Of a stretch of DNA of 12,267 bases, positions 10,136 through 12,267 are shown one piece after another. The first letter of the stretch is position 1; the number at the start of each line of letters is the position of its first letter. Under the pieces are notes generated by a model that was given only the letters and a program-made list of their open reading frames with translations, searched no databases and was not told the DNA's origin. The translations under genes were made by a program, and so were the position numbers. Source of the stretch: an uncultured bacterium (lineage in GTDB: Bacteria > Abyssobacteria > SURF-5); NCBI GenBank assembly GCA_964607485.1, contig CAZSKP010000035.1:1-12267 (forward strand), given 5' to 3'.

Positions 10136-11977
10136 ATGAAGAGAATCGTGTCGGTCATTCCTTTGGTCGCGGCGGCGTTGATCCTTGTCGTTTCCGGTTC
10201 CGCCTTCGGGGCCACGTACTATGTCCCGGACAACTTTTCCTCTATCCAGGCGGCATTGAATGGCGTCGCCAACGGTGACACCATTCTCGTCCGTAACAAC
10301 GTCTACACGGGCGCCAACAATAAGAATCTGGATTTCAAAAACAAGAGTATAACTCTTCGTTCGGTGGGCGGCGCGGCGAATTGCATCATCGATTGCCAGA
10401 ACGTGGGAAGAGGATTTTATCTACACGGCGGCGGCGGCAGGGCGGCGGTTATCGACGGGTTCACTATCAGGAACGCTGATATTACTGCGGTTCCAGCCGA
10501 CGGCGGAGGTCTGTATTGTTCGGACTACTCTCTGACGATCGCCAACTGCAGGATAATCTCCAACCGCGCAGACAGTCGGGGGGCAGGAATTTACTGCATC
10601 TACTCGTCGCTGACCCTCATAGATTCTATCGTCAGCAATAACGGAACCGGCGCCGTCCATGGCGGTGCCTTTTTCGCCGATAGTTCCACCGTTACAATCA
10701 CCGACTGTTCCTTTACCGGCAACTCGGCTGTTTCCTGCGGCGCGCTGGATTTCGTTAACTCCACTGGCCAGGTGACAGGTTGCACGATCTCAGACAATTC
10801 GGCCGGCGCGAGCGGCGGCGGAGTCGGAAGCACCGGCTCCGACCTGACGTTCGAGAATTGCGACATCACTGAAAATTGGTCCAGTAGCTCTGGCGGTGGA
10901 TTCGCATGCCACAGCACCTCGCTGACAATCACCGACTGCGAGATTGACAACAACGTGGCGAATCTTCACACAGGCGGCGGAATCTATTTCTACTTTTATG
11001 GCGCCACACCAACCCTGACAGTCATTGACTCGTCGATAACGGGGAACACGGCAGGTTCGTATGGAGGAGGAATATATTTTGACTCTCCGGCGGCGTCATC
11101 TCTGACGGGATGCAGGATAGCGAACAATTCGTCCAATGCCGGCCGCGGCGGTGGAATTCATTGGGAGTACGGCCCGGGTACTTTCACCAACTGCGAGATA
11201 ACCGGGAATTACAGCACCATCAATGGCGGCGGGATATACTGCGACGACGCCGACTCGCTTGCCATCACCCACTGCACCATCGCCGATAACACGGCAGACA
11301 ATCGCGGCGGTGGACTGTTCAATTACTATTCCCCGGCAACTGTAATTGACAGCATCCTCTGGGGCGATTCGGCCACCGACGGAGCGGAGATCGCTCTGGT
11401 GACATCGCAGTTCACGTCCTCGCTGGACATCAGCTACAGCGACGTTGAGGGCGGAGAGGCCGCGGCGTACGTGGAATCGGGATGCACCTCGAGTTGGGGC
11501 GATGGGAATATCGATTCCGACCCGCTCTTCGTCGGTGGAGGCAACTACCATTTGACCGACGGCTCGCCCTGCATCGACGCTGGCATCGACGCGGGTGTTT
11601 ACACCGACATCGACGGCGACGGCCGGCCTGAACAAGCAGGCTACGACATGGGGTCGGATGAACGTCTGCTTACGCTGGCGCAGATATGGCTGCAATCTCC
11701 GGAAGATCACGCTGTCATATCCTCCGCGCCGACCTTTAGCTGGACCCTGAGCGGAGGAACTAACAACGCCTACATCGTTGATTTCCTCATAGTGGGTCAC
11801 CCTCCAATTCGGAGCACTCCGGTCCTCCACGCGCCCACATGGACGATGCCCGACACCGCATGGAATCGCATCAAGTCCGGCAGCTCCGTTATCTGGCGGG
11901 TGCGCGGAGCGGATTTGGATGACCCGCCGCTGACAATCATCACCAGCGACGAGGTACGCTGGTTCTCCAAGCCATAA
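10136..11977 (+). CDS. Secreted right-handed parallel beta-helix repeat protein (pectin-lyase-like/Pmp-like repeats) with choice-of-anchor-Q-like segment and extra C-terminal domain
   Basis: Sec signal peptide MKRIVSVIPLVAAALILVVSGSAFG-A and N-cap VPDNFSSIQAAL...GDTILV. About 11 repeats of GG(G/A)(I/L/F)Y(C/F)...lTiTdCxIxxNxA. Then GNIDSDPLFV...YHLTDGSPCIDAG...DIDGDGRP...YDMGSDE at 11504-11662, followed by a further 104 aa. Confidence 0.88.
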   Translation: MKRIVSVIPLVAAALILVVSGSAFGATYYVPDNFSSIQAALNGVANGDTILVRNNVYTGANNKNLDFKNKSITLRSVGGAANCIIDCQNVGRGFYLHGGGGRAAVIDGFTIRNADITAVPADGGGLYCSDYSLTIANCRIISNRADSRGAGIYCIYSSLTLIDSIVSNNGTGAVHGGAFFADSSTVTITDCSFTGNSAVSCGALDFVNSTGQVTGCTISDNSAGASGGGVGSTGSDLTFENCDITENWSSSSGGGFACHSTSLTITDCEIDNNVANLHTGGGIYFYFYGATPTLTVIDSSITGNTAGSYGGGIYFDSPAASSLTGCRIANNSSNAGRGGGIHWEYGPGTFTNCEITGNYSTINGGGIYCDDADSLAITHCTIADNTADNRGGGLFNYYSPATVIDSILWGDSATDGAEIALVTSQFTSSLDISYSDVEGGEAAAYVESGCTSSWGDGNIDSDPLFVGGGNYHLTDGSPCIDAGIDAGVYTDIDGDGRPEQAGYDMGSDERLLTLAQIWLQSPEDHAVISSAPTFSWTLSGGTNNAYIVDFLIVGHPPIRSTPVLHAPTWTMPDTAWNRIKSGSSVIWRVRGADLDDPPLTIITSDEVRWFSKP

Positions 11978-12008
11978 CCGGCAGGGCGATTGTCCGGAAG
12001 TGGTCGAA

Positions 12009-12052
12009 GAAAAAGCGAGCGGGATGGGTCGTGGCGATCCATCCCGCTCTTT
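12009..12052 (-). terminator. Intrinsic terminator between convergent genes (strongest on the minus strand, possibly bidirectional)
   Basis: GAGCGGGATGGGTCG (12017-12031) / CGATCCATCCCGCTC (12035-12049), 14 of 15 Watson-Crick pairs. Followed by GCTTTTTTC on the minus strand and TTTG on the plus strand. Confidence 0.8.
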
Positions 12053-12073
12053 GCAACGCCTCGGCGCGGAAGC

Positions 12074-12196
12074 TCAGGCGTTGATTTCTAGGAGCACCGG
12101 CTCGGCGAAGTCCTCGACCGACGGGTCGTAGTATTCGTACACGCGCGAGGTCGGCGTCTTGGCCTTGATGGGGAACTTTGCCTTGAGCTGATAGAA
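12074..12196 (-). CDS. 3' end of a probable alpha-2-macroglobulin-family protein (partial; possibly an interrupted gene)
   Basis: Hand translation FYQLKAKFPIKAKTPTSRVYEYYDPSVEDFAEPVLLEINA* with TGA at 12076-12074 and GC3-rich codons. The 'P.S.VYEYYDP' motif resembles the terminal MG8/receptor-binding-like domain of A2M/thioester proteins. It points into the terminator. The frame stays open to the window edge, but composition changes above about 12195. Confidence 0.65.
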   Translation of the reverse strand, partial: FYQLKAKFPIKAKTPTSRVYEYYDPSVEDFAEPVLLEINA

Positions 12197-12267
12197 AGTC
12201 TTGGGGTGACCTATTTGAATAAAACAATTTTTGGTTTGGAAAACGGGCCCCCAAGTTATGCGGACCA

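Noticed and set aside
10490..11330. Repeated GGCGGCGG/GGAATxTA units as a CRISPR array, DNA tandem repeat or DGR template/variable repeat
   Set aside because: The repeats are degenerate at DNA level and explained by protein beta-helix coils. There are no identical repeats with spacers, no adenine-specific repeat pair and no reverse transcriptase.
10136..11977. Chlamydial Pmp-type autotransporter
   Set aside because: There are GGAI-like repeats, but no ~300 aa C-terminal beta-barrel; the C-terminal domain is only about 100 aa.
11940..12254. 104-aa minus-strand ORF from the track
   Set aside because: It runs through the terminator and into the beta-helix gene. The neighbouring frame ending at 12074 has better codon bias and a recognisable motif.

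Overview
GC-rich bacterial genomic window. The minus strand carries, right to left: a polytopic membrane protein of probable GT-C/YfhO-like glycosyltransferase type, pyruvate phosphate dikinase (ppdK) with an unusual Lys/Arg/Ala-rich C-terminal tail, and an Opp/Dpp-family ABC importer operon (lipoprotein binding protein, two permeases, one ATPase; the operon may continue past the left edge). Divergently, the plus strand encodes a secreted right-handed beta-helix repeat protein with a choice-of-anchor-Q-like segment and an extra ~100 aa C-terminal domain that I cannot assign. After a strong hairpin terminator, the right edge holds the 3' end of a convergent gene missed by the ORF track. It resembles an alpha-2-macroglobulin-family C-terminus and switches abruptly to AT-rich sequence at about 12195, a possible insertion junction. 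No rRNA, tRNA, CRISPR array or transposase was seen. All family calls come from motif recognition by eye, not database searches.
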